44,861 nucleotides of DNA, from positions 1,714,187-1,759,047 of the forward strand of contig CP070760.1 in the NCBI GenBank assembly GCA_020348965.1. Reading direction: 5' to 3'. Position numbers and translations under genes: made by a program. The stretch's first letter is position 1; each line of letters opens with the position of its first letter. The DNA comes from Candidatus Heimdallarchaeota archaeon. Its GTDB lineage: Archaea; Asgardarchaeota; Heimdallarchaeia; Hodarchaeales; Hodarchaeaceae. Of the stretch, positions 1-9,725 are shown in pieces. The notes beneath the pieces were generated by a model, which worked only from the letters and a program-made list of their open reading frames with translations, was not told the origin of the DNA and searched no databases.

Positions 1-1
1 A

Positions 2-724
2 ATGAATAAAAAAGCTATCCAGAAAATTAGAGGAAAAAAAATATCTATGATATTTCAGGGTGCAATGAATGCGTTAAATCCCCTTCATCGGGTGGGTAAT
101 CAGATACACGAGGTGATTAAAATTCATGAACCTCATGTATCAGAAGAAGAAGGATGGGAACGAGTCCTTGATGTATTATCTAGAGTGGGGATTGATCCGT
201 CTCGTGCTAAAGACTATCCTCATCAGCTTAGTGGGGGAATGCAACAGAGAGCATTGATAGCTCTTTCCTTAGTAAACAATCCGGACATCATTATGGCAGA
301 TGAACCAGTAACTGCATTAGACGTAATAGTACAATCTCAAGTTCTTAAAGAAATGAAATCCTTACAAGGGCAACTTGGTTTATCTTTGATAATGATCACA
401 CATGATTTATCTGTGATTGCGGAGATTTGTGATTCATTAGCTGTTATGTACGCAGGCCAAATCGTCGAGTACGGAAAGTTACGAAATTTGTTTAAAGAAC
501 CCCGTCATCCATACACTGAAGCGCTACTAAATTCATTTCCTAGTATCACAGGAGTCAAAAAGGAGTTAATGGAGATTCCTGGTGCTCCCCCAGATCTTTT
601 AAATCCTCCTACTGGCTGTAGGTTTCATCCTAGATGTATGAAAGTCATGGATATATGTCTATCTGAAGATCCGAAAATAGTTTCTACTAATGACAAAGGG
701 TATGTTGCTTGTCATTTATACTGA
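2..724 (+). CDS. oppD: Oligopeptide/dipeptide ABC transporter ATP-binding protein (OppD/DppD-like), 5' end cut by window edge
   Basis: ABC signature LSGGMQQRALIA, Walker B IIMADEPVTALD, H-loop ITHDL, and a C-terminal HPYT...GCRFHPRC tail typical of Opp/Dpp ATPases. Walker A lies off-window. Confidence 0.9.
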   Translation: MNKKAIQKIRGKKISMIFQGAMNALNPLHRVGNQIHEVIKIHEPHVSEEEGWERVLDVLSRVGIDPSRAKDYPHQLSGGMQQRALIALSLVNNPDIIMADEPVTALDVIVQSQVLKEMKSLQGQLGLSLIMITHDLSVIAEICDSLAVMYAGQIVEYGKLRNLFKEPRHPYTEALLNSFPSITGVKKELMEIPGAPPDLLNPPTGCRFHPRCMKVMDICLSEDPKIVSTNDKGYVACHLY

Positions 725-737
725 ATTGGAGTGAAAT

Positions 738-1760
738 ATGATGAGTAACGATCTTATAATCGAAATTAAAGATTTAAGAAAGTATTATCCAATTTATAAA
801 GGTTTTATCAAAAGTATATTTTCTAAAGAGAAGACATATGTACATGCTGTCGATGGAATTAATTTCAACATCAAAGCAGGTGAGACTTTAGGCCTCGTTG
901 GTGAATCAGGTTGTGGTAAGACAACAGCGGGTCTTCTTCTACTTAAACTGATTGAACCAACCAGTGGATCTATCTTTTTCCAAGGAGTAGATATTGCTAC
1001 TCTTTCTGAACATGAAATTAAAGAAATACGTAAGAAAATGCAAATAATATTTCAAAATCCTTATGAATCACTAAGCCCACGTTTTAATGTTTTAGATGCT
1101 ATAGCAGAACCCCTACGGCTGCTTAAAGTGTTAAAAGACGAGAAAGCAATTTTAGAAAGAGTTAAAGACACATTAAAAGCTGTTGGGTTACCTCAAACAG
1201 AAGATTTTTTTGAAAGGTTTCCACATGAATTAAGTGGGGGACAAAGACAACGAATTGGGGTAGCGAGAGCATTTGTTCTCAATCCCTTGTTCATTGTAGC
1301 AGATGAGCCTGTTTCAATGCTTGATGTTTCAATAAGAGTAGGGGTGTTAAGGATAATGAAAGAATTAGTACAACAATTTCGGACTGGGTTTCTCTTCATT
1401 ACACATGATCTTGCCTTAGCACGCTATATGTGTGATCGAGTGGCGGTTATGTACTTAGGAAGAATTGTAGAAGAAGGGAAAACCGAAGAGATAATTCAAA
1501 ATCCGTTACATCCGTACACAAAAGCTTTGATATCCGCTGTACCAATACCAGATCCCGATGCTAGGAGAACCAAAGACATTCCTATTACTGGAGAGGTTCC
1601 AAGTGGAATTTTTTTACCATTAGGTTGTAGATTTCATCCAAGATGTATTTACGCGAAAGAAGAATGTCGTGAAACAGATCCAGAGCTTGTTAGAACTAAT
1701 GATAATGATCACTTTGTTGCTTGTATTAGGTATAATGAAATTATGAATGATAATAATTAA
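738..1760 (+). CDS. oppF: Oligopeptide/dipeptide ABC transporter ATP-binding protein (OppF/DppF-like)
   Basis: GGAGTGA lies just upstream of the ATG. Walker [10 protein letters not shown], signature [12 protein letters not shown], Walker [14 protein letters not shown]-loop ITHDL, HPYT...GCRFHPRC tail. Confidence 0.92.
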   Translation: MMSNDLIIEIKDLRKYYPIYKGFIKSIFSKEKTYVHAVDGINFNIKAGETLGLVGESGCGKTTAGLLLLKLIEPTSGSIFFQGVDIATLSEHEIKEIRKKMQIIFQNPYESLSPRFNVLDAIAEPLRLLKVLKDEKAILERVKDTLKAVGLPQTEDFFERFPHELSGGQRQRIGVARAFVLNPLFIVADEPVSMLDVSIRVGVLRIMKELVQQFRTGFLFITHDLALARYMCDRVAVMYLGRIVEEGKTEEIIQNPLHPYTKALISAVPIPDPDARRTKDIPITGEVPSGIFLPLGCRFHPRCIYAKEECRETDPELVRTNDNDHFVACIRYNEIMNDNN

Positions 1761-1797
1761 AAACATTAAGTAGACCCAACGATCTTTAAAAAAAAAT

Positions 1798-3017
1798 ATG
1801 ATGAGCATGATTCAAAAGAAACTGCTCCTTTTGGGCGAATAAGTAGTTTTATCATTCTTTTAGTATTCTCTCTTTCAATAGTTTTTTTTCGGGGAGTTAG
1901 TTATCCTCAATCTGATTATTGGCCTACAAATGATTGGAGAACATCATCATTAGAGAAACAAGGAATTAATCCTAGCGATATTAATGATTTAAAAGACTAT
2001 ATCAATGAAAACGACCTTAATGTCCGGAGTATTTTGATAGTTCGCAATGGTTACTTAATAGAAGAAGAATATTTTGGAAAAGATGCTTCTAATGTTATAG
2101 TTCCAGTTTATAGTGTTACTAAAAGTATTACATCAACACTAATTGGAATTGCTATTGATAAAGGATATTTGGAAGGGGTAGATCAAAAAGTACTAGACTT
2201 TTTTCCAAATCGGACCTTCGAGAATATGGATCACGATAAGCAGAACATCACGATAGCGCATTTATTGACAATGACATCAGGATTAGAATGGAATGAATGG
2301 TACGTAAGTTATTCTGATCCTTCAGCTGATTTTAGAATAATGAGGGATACAGCTAATGACTGGGTACAATACGTTCTTGACAAACCAATGGTTACTAGTC
2401 CAGGTACTATCTTCAATTATAACTCTGGTTCCAGTCATCTTCTGTCTGCAATAATTCAAGAGATCTATGGTGATACTATGGAAACCTTTGCGATGAAATT
2501 CTTATTTAGTGCTCTTAATATCACCAACTACATATGGCGTAAAGATCCACAAGGTATTACTCAAGGTGACTCATTTCTTTCTCTAACAGCTCGTGATATG
2601 GCGAAAATTGGTTATTTATACTTCCATAATGGTACTTGGGAGGATTCACAGATATTATCAAAAGAATGGATAAACACAGCCACAGATAGATTGGTGTTGT
2701 CTACACAATCAGCTCCATACTCTTATGGCTACTTATGGTGGATCACCAATCCATCAAATTCTGTAAGACATTTTATGGCACGCGGTTGGAATGGCCAACA
2801 AATCTATGTTATACCAGAAAAAGATCTCATTGTGGTTTTTACTAGTGATGAACCTAGCTTTGGATTAATCTTAGGAAAGACCCTTCCAGAGCATTTCATA
2901 ATTCCTAGTACGGAATATACATCTGCAAAAAAATCAAATTATACGAATATGATAATATTGTTAACAGCCATATTTGTTGCTTTGAAATATAAAAGAAGAG
3001 AGAAAAAAAATCTTTAA
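1798..3017 (+). CDS. Secreted/membrane-anchored serine hydrolase, beta-lactamase/PBP (class C-like) family; 5' end frame-disrupted or non-canonical start
   Basis: SxxK motif (YSVTKS) and beta-lactamase-fold sequence in ORF 2034-3017. The same frame is open back to 1770 and encodes a signal-anchor (ISSFIILLVFSLSIVFF) with no ATG/GTG/TTG. The ATG at 1798 is in another frame. C-terminal TM plus KRREKK tail. Confidence 0.75.
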
Positions 3018-3099
3018 CAATGACAAATCAAGCACAAATTCAGAACCTAATTTTTCAGGTTAGCCTTATACTTCTGAAGAAAAGCCTAAGGTTTTTTCA

Positions 3100-4530
3100 A
3101 TGTCAGCAATAAATATTCAAAAATTTAAAGGGAGGTTTGAGCGAGAGAGTGTCAAAGTGATGCGAGATTCTAAGATACCTGGCATGTCTATTTTTATAAC
3201 ACAGTATGGAGAACCCATCTATGCTAGATCTTTTGGATTACGTGAAAAGAAGGATGTCAAACCTGCTACACTTAACACATTGTGGGGTGTATCATCGATA
3301 ACAAAGTCTATCACTTGTATGGGAATTTTACAACTGCATGAGAAAGGGAAGTTAAACATTCTTGATCCTATTTCAGAATATATTCCAGTAAATTTAGGAT
3401 TTAAGGGGCAACCAATCACCATTCAACACCTGATGTGTCACAGATCGGGTGTGCCTGCACTCCATTCATTTGTATTTTCTCAGATGAATCAAGAATTATA
3501 TGAAGCAAATGTGCCTGATTTCCCTTTTGGAAATTGGGATGACTTCTATTTCCACGTAAATGATGCTACTAGTGAAGTACTAAGTCCTCCATATACAAAA
3601 TATTATTACTGGAACGGTGGTTTTGTATTACTAGGTCAGATCATAGAAAAAGTCAGTGGCAAATCGTTTGAAGATTATATTAAAGAGAATATTTTAGTAC
3701 CTCTAGAGATGCATAGAAGTACATTCTCTTCAAAAGAAGCTGAAAAAGACAAAGATGTTACTAAAGGATATAACTATTCGCTGAAAGACAAGAAAGTGCA
3801 GAGAAATCCAAGAAATCTCCTATCGGGCCCTTTTATTGCTGGTTCTGGTGGTTTAATTTCAAGTGTTGTTGAAATCACCAACTATTTACTAATGCAATTA
3901 AATGGTGGGGAATTTAAAGGGAAACAACTCTTGGATCGAGATCTCATCAAAGAGATGTGGAAATCCCATAATACAAACCTTAAAATGAAAAATAGCGAAT
4001 ATTACGTCGATGCCACAGAAGCTTACGGGTATGGATGGAAAATTTACGAAAATTACAATGGGTATACCTTAATTACTCATCAAGGAGTGTCAGGTGTTAC
4101 CGGTGGCAATGTTGGTATCATTCCAGAGCTTAAATTGACTTTTGCTCAACTATATAATGTCTCCTGGATACCGAATTACCTAATGCATGTAGCTTTTTCC
4201 CTTCTGGTAGGTAAAAATCCTGAAGAAATGCCCTATAACAAAAGGAAAAGACATTACAGAGCACTTTGTGGTGAATACGAAGCGTACAAAAAGATATTAT
4301 CAGTGAATATAGAAGAAAAGGAGGGATTACTCTATCTAATTGATAATAATTGGCAAGATAAAGGGGTATTTCCTCTCATTCCAAGAAATAATGATCCAGA
4401 AGTTATGGATTTCTACATAATTCTACCCTCTGGGTCATTAGAAGTTCCTTTTACGAGACATGAGAAAGGCCAGATCACATTTGACTATGAAAGATATTTG
4501 ATGCATAAAAAGACAGCTAAATTGGAATAA
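3100..4530 (+). CDS. Serine hydrolase, beta-lactamase/PBP fold with extra C-terminal domain (CubicO/Pab87-like peptidase or esterase)
   Basis: SxxK (SSITKS), YxN (YWN) and an HQGVSG third motif, plus about 110 extra C-terminal residues. No signal peptide, so predicted cytoplasmic. Confidence 0.8.
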   Translation: MSAINIQKFKGRFERESVKVMRDSKIPGMSIFITQYGEPIYARSFGLREKKDVKPATLNTLWGVSSITKSITCMGILQLHEKGKLNILDPISEYIPVNLGFKGQPITIQHLMCHRSGVPALHSFVFSQMNQELYEANVPDFPFGNWDDFYFHVNDATSEVLSPPYTKYYYWNGGFVLLGQIIEKVSGKSFEDYIKENILVPLEMHRSTFSSKEAEKDKDVTKGYNYSLKDKKVQRNPRNLLSGPFIAGSGGLISSVVEITNYLLMQLNGGEFKGKQLLDRDLIKEMWKSHNTNLKMKNSEYYVDATEAYGYGWKIYENYNGYTLITHQGVSGVTGGNVGIIPELKLTFAQLYNVSWIPNYLMHVAFSLLVGKNPEEMPYNKRKRHYRALCGEYEAYKKILSVNIEEKEGLLYLIDNNWQDKGVFPLIPRNNDPEVMDFYIILPSGSLEVPFTRHEKGQITFDYERYLMHKKTAKLE

Positions 4531-4555
4531 ATGAAATATTATCAACTCTAGTGTG

Positions 4556-4566
4556 TAATTTTTTTA
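4556..4566 (+). terminator. Oligo-T tract downstream of the hydrolase gene (archaeal-type termination signal candidate)
   Basis: T7 run at 4559-4565, 29 nt after the stop at 4530, in a convergent intergenic region. Confidence 0.3.
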
Positions 4567-4640
4567 TTATGAAATCGTTAAAGTGAAGTATTACTGATCC
4601 TAAATACTATCAGAGATTGTATTATACTTACTATCGTTCT

Positions 4641-6335
4641 TTAACTTTTCTTTATCCTGGACCAAGTGTCACGTAATGTTATCGTACGGTTGAATACTAG
4701 ATTTTCAGGCGAGGAATCAACTGAATCAACGCAGAAGTACCCTAGTCTTTCAAACTGGTATCTTGAACCTGGAGATGCCCCTGCTAAGCTTGGTTCTCCC
4801 AAACAGGTCACTACATCTAATGATTGTGGGTTGATAGTTTTCAGAAAATCAGCATCCTCCAATGGATTTTCCTTTAGAAACAGACGATCATATAATCGTG
4901 CCTCTGCCCTAACGGCTTGATCTGCAGCAACCCAGTGTAATGTGGCCTTTACTTTTCTTCCGTCTGGAGCAAATCCTCCCTTTGTTTCAGGGTCATACGT
5001 GACGTGGACTTCCTTGATCTCCCCTGTCTCATCTTTGACTAACCCAACACATTTGATATAATAGGCATATCGAAGGCGGACCTCTCTTCCAGGAGATAAC
5101 CTATAGAATTTTCTTGGAGGATCTTCAAGAAAATCATCTTGTTCAATATATAGTGTTCGTGAAAATGGTATCTTCCGAGACCCCATACTCGAATCCTTAG
5201 GGTGGTTTGGCGCTTCTAATTCCTCAATTTTGCCTTCGGGGTAATTCTGAATAATAACCTTTAAGGGTCTCAAAACAGCCATTACTCGATTGCACTTTTT
5301 GTCTAGTTCTTCGCGAACACAGGATTCTAACAAACTTAAATCAATGTAATTCTCTCGTTTTGAGATCCCTACTTTATCTAAAAAGCTTCTAATAGCAGCG
5401 GGTGGAAACCCTCGTCGTCTTAATCCAGAGAGAGTTGGCATTCGGGGATCGTCCCACCCCGACACAATCCTCTTCTTTACTAACTCGAGAAGGCGTCGTT
5501 TGCTCATAACTGTATAAGTCAGGTTTAAGCGAGAGAATTCTATTTGCTCTGGGCAATACTTAAGCATGTTTAATGATAGTAATTGGTCTCGATACCAGTT
5601 ATAAAGGGGTCTGTGCGTCTCAAATTCTAATGAGCAGAGGGAATGGGTAATTCCTTCGATTGCATCGGACTGTCCATGAGTATAATCATAACTGGGATAT
5701 ATAACCCATTCATCTCCAGTTCGATAATGCGGCACCCTCTTGATTCGGTACATGATTGGATCACGTATGAGCATGTTTGGAGAAGACATATCTATTTTCG
5801 CTCGTAATACGCGAGAACCGTCCTTGAACTCTCCTTTCCGCATCCTCTCAAAAAGATCAAGGTTTTCTTCCACTGACCGATTTCGAAATGGGCTTTCTAT
5901 CCCTGGCTTGTCTGAGGTTCCCCTTTGTTCCTTAATTTCTTCAACACTCAAATCACAAATGTAGGCCTTACCAGCTTTAATTAATTCTACAGCAAATTTG
6001 TACAATTGTTCAAAATAATCCGATGCAAAATATAGACGATCCTCCCAATCAAACCCAAGCCAGCGGACATCTTCTTGGATGGACTCAACATACTCCATAC
6101 TTTCTTTCTCAGGATCAGTATCATCGTATCTTAGGTTACAAATACCATTAAATTCTTCAGCAACTCCAAAGTTAAGGTAGATACTCTTAGCATGTCCAAT
6201 ATGAAGGTACCCATTGGGTTCAGGGGGAAATCGAGTCATAATCTGTCTATTATACTTATTATTCTTCACATCTTCAGTAATTATTTTTCGAATAAAATCC
6301 AAGGATTCATTCTGCTTCGCTTTACTAGGATTCAT
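4641..6335 (-). CDS. glnS: Glutaminyl-tRNA synthetase (bacterial/eukaryal-type GlnRS)
   Basis: HIGH motif ([12 protein letters not shown]) and KMSKS variant (VMSKR). Full-length collinear blocks recalled from E. coli GlnRS: [79 protein letters not shown]. Confidence 0.93.
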   Translation of the reverse strand: MNPSKAKQNESLDFIRKIITEDVKNNKYNRQIMTRFPPEPNGYLHIGHAKSIYLNFGVAEEFNGICNLRYDDTDPEKESMEYVESIQEDVRWLGFDWEDRLYFASDYFEQLYKFAVELIKAGKAYICDLSVEEIKEQRGTSDKPGIESPFRNRSVEENLDLFERMRKGEFKDGSRVLRAKIDMSSPNMLIRDPIMYRIKRVPHYRTGDEWVIYPSYDYTHGQSDAIEGITHSLCSLEFETHRPLYNWYRDQLLSLNMLKYCPEQIEFSRLNLTYTVMSKRRLLELVKKRIVSGWDDPRMPTLSGLRRRGFPPAAIRSFLDKVGISKRENYIDLSLLESCVREELDKKCNRVMAVLRPLKVIIQNYPEGKIEELEAPNHPKDSSMGSRKIPFSRTLYIEQDDFLEDPPRKFYRLSPGREVRLRYAYYIKCVGLVKDETGEIKEVHVTYDPETKGGFAPDGRKVKATLHWVAADQAVRAEARLYDRLFLKENPLEDADFLKTINPQSLDVVTCLGEPSLAGASPGSRYQFERLGYFCVDSVDSSPENLVFNRTITLRDTWSRIKKS

Positions 6336-6573
6336 CTTTGTAGGTTCCCAACATTTACTTTTTTGTTTTATTTCTATCTACTGAATTTAGATTTGAAGGT
6401 TCCTTGCTGAGCATGTTTTTTTACTTAATTCTCTGTTGAAGCAGAGTGTAAAAACTGTAGATCCTAGATCTTATTAGGAATTTAGGGGATATAAATAAAA
6501 ATCTCATAAGAATCGCTATCCATAAGGGTTTTTTATTACTCAATTACTCTAAAATGCTGCTTAGCTGATCGAA

Positions 6574-7422
6574 ATGGACCTTGCAAAACAAATCAAGCAT
6601 CCAGAAATACAAACATCTGATAGCGTTGTCAGTGAGGTAATTCATCTTCCAAACGACCATTTAGAAAAATCTATTACTAATGTTCTAGAGCCTCTTGGTG
6701 GTCTGAAGAACTATATCTCAAAAAACGACAAAGTAATGCTGAAACCAAATTTTAACACTGGCGATCCCTTCCCTGCGAGTACTGATCCAAATTTCTTATT
6801 AGCTATCATTCAATTGATTTTGGCTTTGACTCCAAACATTCAGATCATTGAATCGTCCACGCTGCGCGTAAATACAAAACAGGTAATCAAAGACATTATG
6901 GGAGATAAAATACAAAATATTCCACTTGTAACAGAAGAAGATTTCGATTTTATAACCATCGATCTCAAATCTCGCGGAGCAAAATATCTTAAATCAGTTA
7001 AATTGCCCAATACAATTCATGATCCAGAAGCAAAGATTATTTTACTTCCCTGTCTAAAAACACATTTTATTGCACATTATACAGGAGCTTTAAAACTTGC
7101 AGTCGGGTTTATGGAAAGAAAGCAACGGTTAAAGATGCATATCAGCCGTCGGGTTCCTGAAAAAGTAGCCGAATTAAATCTCGCCTACAAACCAGACCTT
7201 ATCATCATGGATGCGAGGAAGATTTTTGTCACAAAAGGTCCAGCAAACGGGAGAGTGGAGTCTCCTCAAAAAATATTGGCTGCAATTGGATCTAATCGGA
7301 CAGCAATTGATATTAAAGGTATTAGTATTATTCAATCGTTTCCTGCAGAGAATAAGTTGAAAAATACAGATGTTTTAAATGTAAGGACTATTAAAAGAGC
7401 TTTAGAATTGGGTATTGATTAA
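6574..7422 (+). CDS. DUF362 domain protein
   Basis: DUF362-like pattern: KPNFNTGDP...TDP, LKTH...TGALKLAVG, and a DARK...GP C-terminal part. Confidence 0.6.
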   Translation: MDLAKQIKHPEIQTSDSVVSEVIHLPNDHLEKSITNVLEPLGGLKNYISKNDKVMLKPNFNTGDPFPASTDPNFLLAIIQLILALTPNIQIIESSTLRVNTKQVIKDIMGDKIQNIPLVTEEDFDFITIDLKSRGAKYLKSVKLPNTIHDPEAKIILLPCLKTHFIAHYTGALKLAVGFMERKQRLKMHISRRVPEKVAELNLAYKPDLIIMDARKIFVTKGPANGRVESPQKILAAIGSNRTAIDIKGISIIQSFPAENKLKNTDVLNVRTIKRALELGID

Positions 7423-7477
7423 TTATTACTTAATACAAGTAGCAGAGACTATTCCTGCGGGATAAAAAAGAGAGGAA

Positions 7478-7518
7478 TAAAAAAAAGAGGTTCGAAGGTC
7501 TTAAATTACCTTCGACTC
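7478..7518 (-). terminator. Hairpin plus U-run terminator for the secreted-protein gene (A-run on the other side, so possibly bidirectional)
   Basis: Perfect 8-bp stem TCGAAGGT (7492-7499) / ACCTTCGA (7508-7515) with an 8-nt loop, extendable by GAG/CTC. On the minus strand it is followed directly by a UUUUUUUU run. Confidence 0.55.
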
Positions 7519-7562
7519 TAAGTAGAGACTCTTTGATTTTTTCGCTGTGGAATTTTACTTGT

Positions 7563-9443
7563 TTAGTACATTACTACACAAGCGTAGAAGTGAATAAAGT
7601 TCACAGCATCATTGTTGTTAAGTTGATCTAGAATGGGTTCCCAATAATGGTCGTCAGCGTAATCGGGAGTTATCCATGCATTGATAGCAGAATCTATGAC
7701 GCTTTGGGCACTCACCCAGTTCCCATCAGGCAACAGAATTGTTGCTGCTGGATTATCAAGACGGTGCTGGGTATTGAAGATGAATGCAAGTAATTGTTGT
7801 GCTAACTGTTCACGAGGATCGCCACCAGCATTTGCATCAACTAAAAAGTGAGAAACTTCAGCTTGCCAGGTTCCAGATCCCCAAATCATTGAATAGTCGT
7901 CATTATTGTATGCAGCGATAACTGGAGTGTTATCCGAGAAAAACCCATCAAAAGGTTCATCGCCATAACTAAAGTAATTGGATGGCATGGCATAGGGAGC
8001 AAGGGTATTGACATAATCTCTATCGTCATCTGTTAATTCTTGTAAGCCATTCTTATTATGCCAGTAGCCTTTTGTGTCGAAGTTGGCGGAACCTACACAA
8101 TAGTTGGTGAAGAATTTCTCGAATTCGGATCCATATACAGTAGATCCTATCAAAGAGGATTCAATTGTTACAGTGTATGATGTTGATCCTGTTGAAATCC
8201 AGCCGCCATTCTCGGGTATTAACTCAGCGACGGTATAAGTCCCAGGAAGTAGATTGGAAAACGTAGTAGAACCATCAATGTCAGTCATCTGTACAATTGG
8301 GCCAACCGTTATTCCAGTTACGGTCATACCAGTAAGTTCCATTTTCCAACCGGAGATACTAGGTTCATCAGGGTCAACAACCCCGTTTCCATTTCGATCA
8401 TATATCTTCGTTGCAGTAATGGAACCTAATCCAACATTCCCATAGACTACTTCATGGGTCTCTTCTGATTCCCCAATCACTGGAACTAGTACAGTTGGGT
8501 CTGCAAGTGGATATTGGGACACAATAATCCCGTCTAGAGTACTGACCGTTTGTAAAGTGGCGGTTGGTGTATCCTCGACAAAAATATATGTGCCTGGTTC
8601 AGGTGCATCGACCAATGCGGTAGTATAGACCGTATTGGTGACACCTAAAGTGTCTGTGACCTCGACTAGCCATCCTTCAATGGTTTCTTCATCAACATCT
8701 TGGATCCCATTTATGTTCTTGTCATGGAACTTTAGAACGGTGATCATTGGAGGTACATAGGGTTTACCGTGTTTTTTAACCTTATAATTGTCAGTTTTTG
8801 AATGTGCTGGGATGAATCCGTGGAAGTTTCCAGCAGCGTAGCCTTCATTGTTAACATCTTGACGTTTATCTCCAGTAGGATCGAATACATTAATGGGAGC
8901 ATACTCTTCAACTGGAGTAATCCATACTTTGTAGACGCCACCTGGATTGGGGGTGTCGTCATAGGGGAAAAGTTGGACAGTGATTGCACCAAGTTCTTCA
9001 TGATCCACATCAATTCCAGTATTGTGTTGACATTCCACTTCAATCCATCCCGAATCTTTTCCGTTCTGATATTCATAGTTGATCCCAGGATAGGCGAAGT
9101 CGATGACTCCATACTCATTGACATGGATCATACGACAAGAAATGTGGTCAGTGGAAAGTAGGTCTTTACCACTTGGATCCGTCACTTGAAAGTAGTAGTC
9201 ACCTTCAGGTAGACCAGCGGCTGTTGATGGAGCATTTGGACCTGGTCCACCATCAAGGTAAACATCCTCTTTAGCTTCATAGTGTACGTTTTCATTAACG
9301 ATACTTCCGTCTACAGTTGTCGTAAAGATGGCCCCAGATAGGGGTTTTGCTTGGACAACCAACGCCATGGGCAGTACCAGGACGGATAGAAATGTAATAC
9401 TTATTAATAATTTTTTTGTGTTCATTTGTTTTATTTCCTTCAC
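7563..9443 (-). CDS. Secreted protein with repeated Ig-like (Cna-B/SdrD-B-like) domains and an uncharacterised C-terminal domain
   Basis: N-terminal signal peptide (KKLLISITFLSVLVLPMALVVQA). Repeated segments of the form DxNGNG..D..E..I.GW.v.l.....G...F..L.PGtY. Alternative ATG start at 9425. Confidence 0.65.
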   Translation of the reverse strand: MKEIKQMNTKKLLISITFLSVLVLPMALVVQAKPLSGAIFTTTVDGSIVNENVHYEAKEDVYLDGGPGPNAPSTAAGLPEGDYYFQVTDPSGKDLLSTDHISCRMIHVNEYGVIDFAYPGINYEYQNGKDSGWIEVECQHNTGIDVDHEELGAITVQLFPYDDTPNPGGVYKVWITPVEEYAPINVFDPTGDKRQDVNNEGYAAGNFHGFIPAHSKTDNYKVKKHGKPYVPPMITVLKFHDKNINGIQDVDEETIEGWLVEVTDTLGVTNTVYTTALVDAPEPGTYIFVEDTPTATLQTVSTLDGIIVSQYPLADPTVLVPVIGESEETHEVVYGNVGLGSITATKIYDRNGNGVVDPDEPSISGWKMELTGMTVTGITVGPIVQMTDIDGSTTFSNLLPGTYTVAELIPENGGWISTGSTSYTVTIESSLIGSTVYGSEFEKFFTNYCVGSANFDTKGYWHNKNGLQELTDDDRDYVNTLAPYAMPSNYFSYGDEPFDGFFSDNTPVIAAYNNDDYSMIWGSGTWQAEVSHFLVDANAGGDPREQLAQQLLAFIFNTQHRLDNPAATILLPDGNWVSAQSVIDSAINAWITPDYADDHYWEPILDQLNNNDAVNFIHFYACVVMY

Positions 9444-9618
9444 GAGAAGATCTCGTTTTGGTTTAGGAATTTATCTTATAACGATCCTCTTCAGCGTTCT
9501 GAAGGGAAAGGGAGGGGTTTTTTTAAACGGACTTCCCTTTACAATCAAAATTCCTTCGAATTAAGACGATGCTGAGCAAACATTTATAAACCCGAGGTTG
9601 CGATAATCTCATTTACCA

Positions 9619-9644
9619 AATGAAATTAGCAACGTAATTTCATT
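9619..9644. promoter_or_regulatory. 10-bp perfect inverted repeat upstream of vapBC (candidate operator)
   Basis: AATGAAATTA (9619-9628), 6-nt spacer, TAATTTCATT (9635-9644). A third half-site TCATTT lies at 9609-9614. About 80-105 nt upstream of the vapB ATG. Confidence 0.35.
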
Positions 9645-9725
9645 CAGTTTTCTTACTGAAAGGTGAATTTATTTAACTAAGGTAATATTTTTAAGACCCT
9701 AAAGTACTAATTATACTGATGAGTT

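Noticed and set aside
1193-6410. Short antisense or alternate-frame ORFs inside oppF, the hydrolases and glnS (1193-1399, 1620-1808, 3219-3422, 4666-4920, 5740-5964, 6192-6410)
   Set aside because: All overlap strongly supported genes on the other strand and have no motifs. The same reasoning covers similar shadows elsewhere: 12086-12298, 13420-14030, 14345-15024, 16597-16815, 17017-17229, 18095-18821, 19637-19935, 20391-21146, 22594-24498, 25995-26231, 27086-28311, 35269-35508, 37719-38298, 39005-39196, 41120-41314, 42795-43022, 44387-44620.
7487-7518. GGTTCGAAGG resembling a tRNA T-arm (GGTTCGAATCC)
   Set aside because: No acceptor, D or anticodon arms can be drawn, and the flanks are poly-A/AT-rich. 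It is the left arm of an 8-bp terminator-like hairpin.
8744-9161. ORFs 8744-9124 (minus, other frame) and 8802-9161 (plus) inside the secreted-protein gene
   Set aside because: They are embedded in a 626-aa ORF that has a signal peptide and repeated Ig-like domains. Their products are low-complexity with no start context.
9328-9564. 78-aa plus-strand ORF across the 5' end of the secreted-protein gene and its promoter
   Set aside because: It overlaps the signal-peptide coding region on the opposite strand. The remainder is intergenic with hairpins (CGAGA-aga-TCTCG at 9444-9456; CTTCAG-cgtt-CTGAAG at 9489-9504). There is no RBS.
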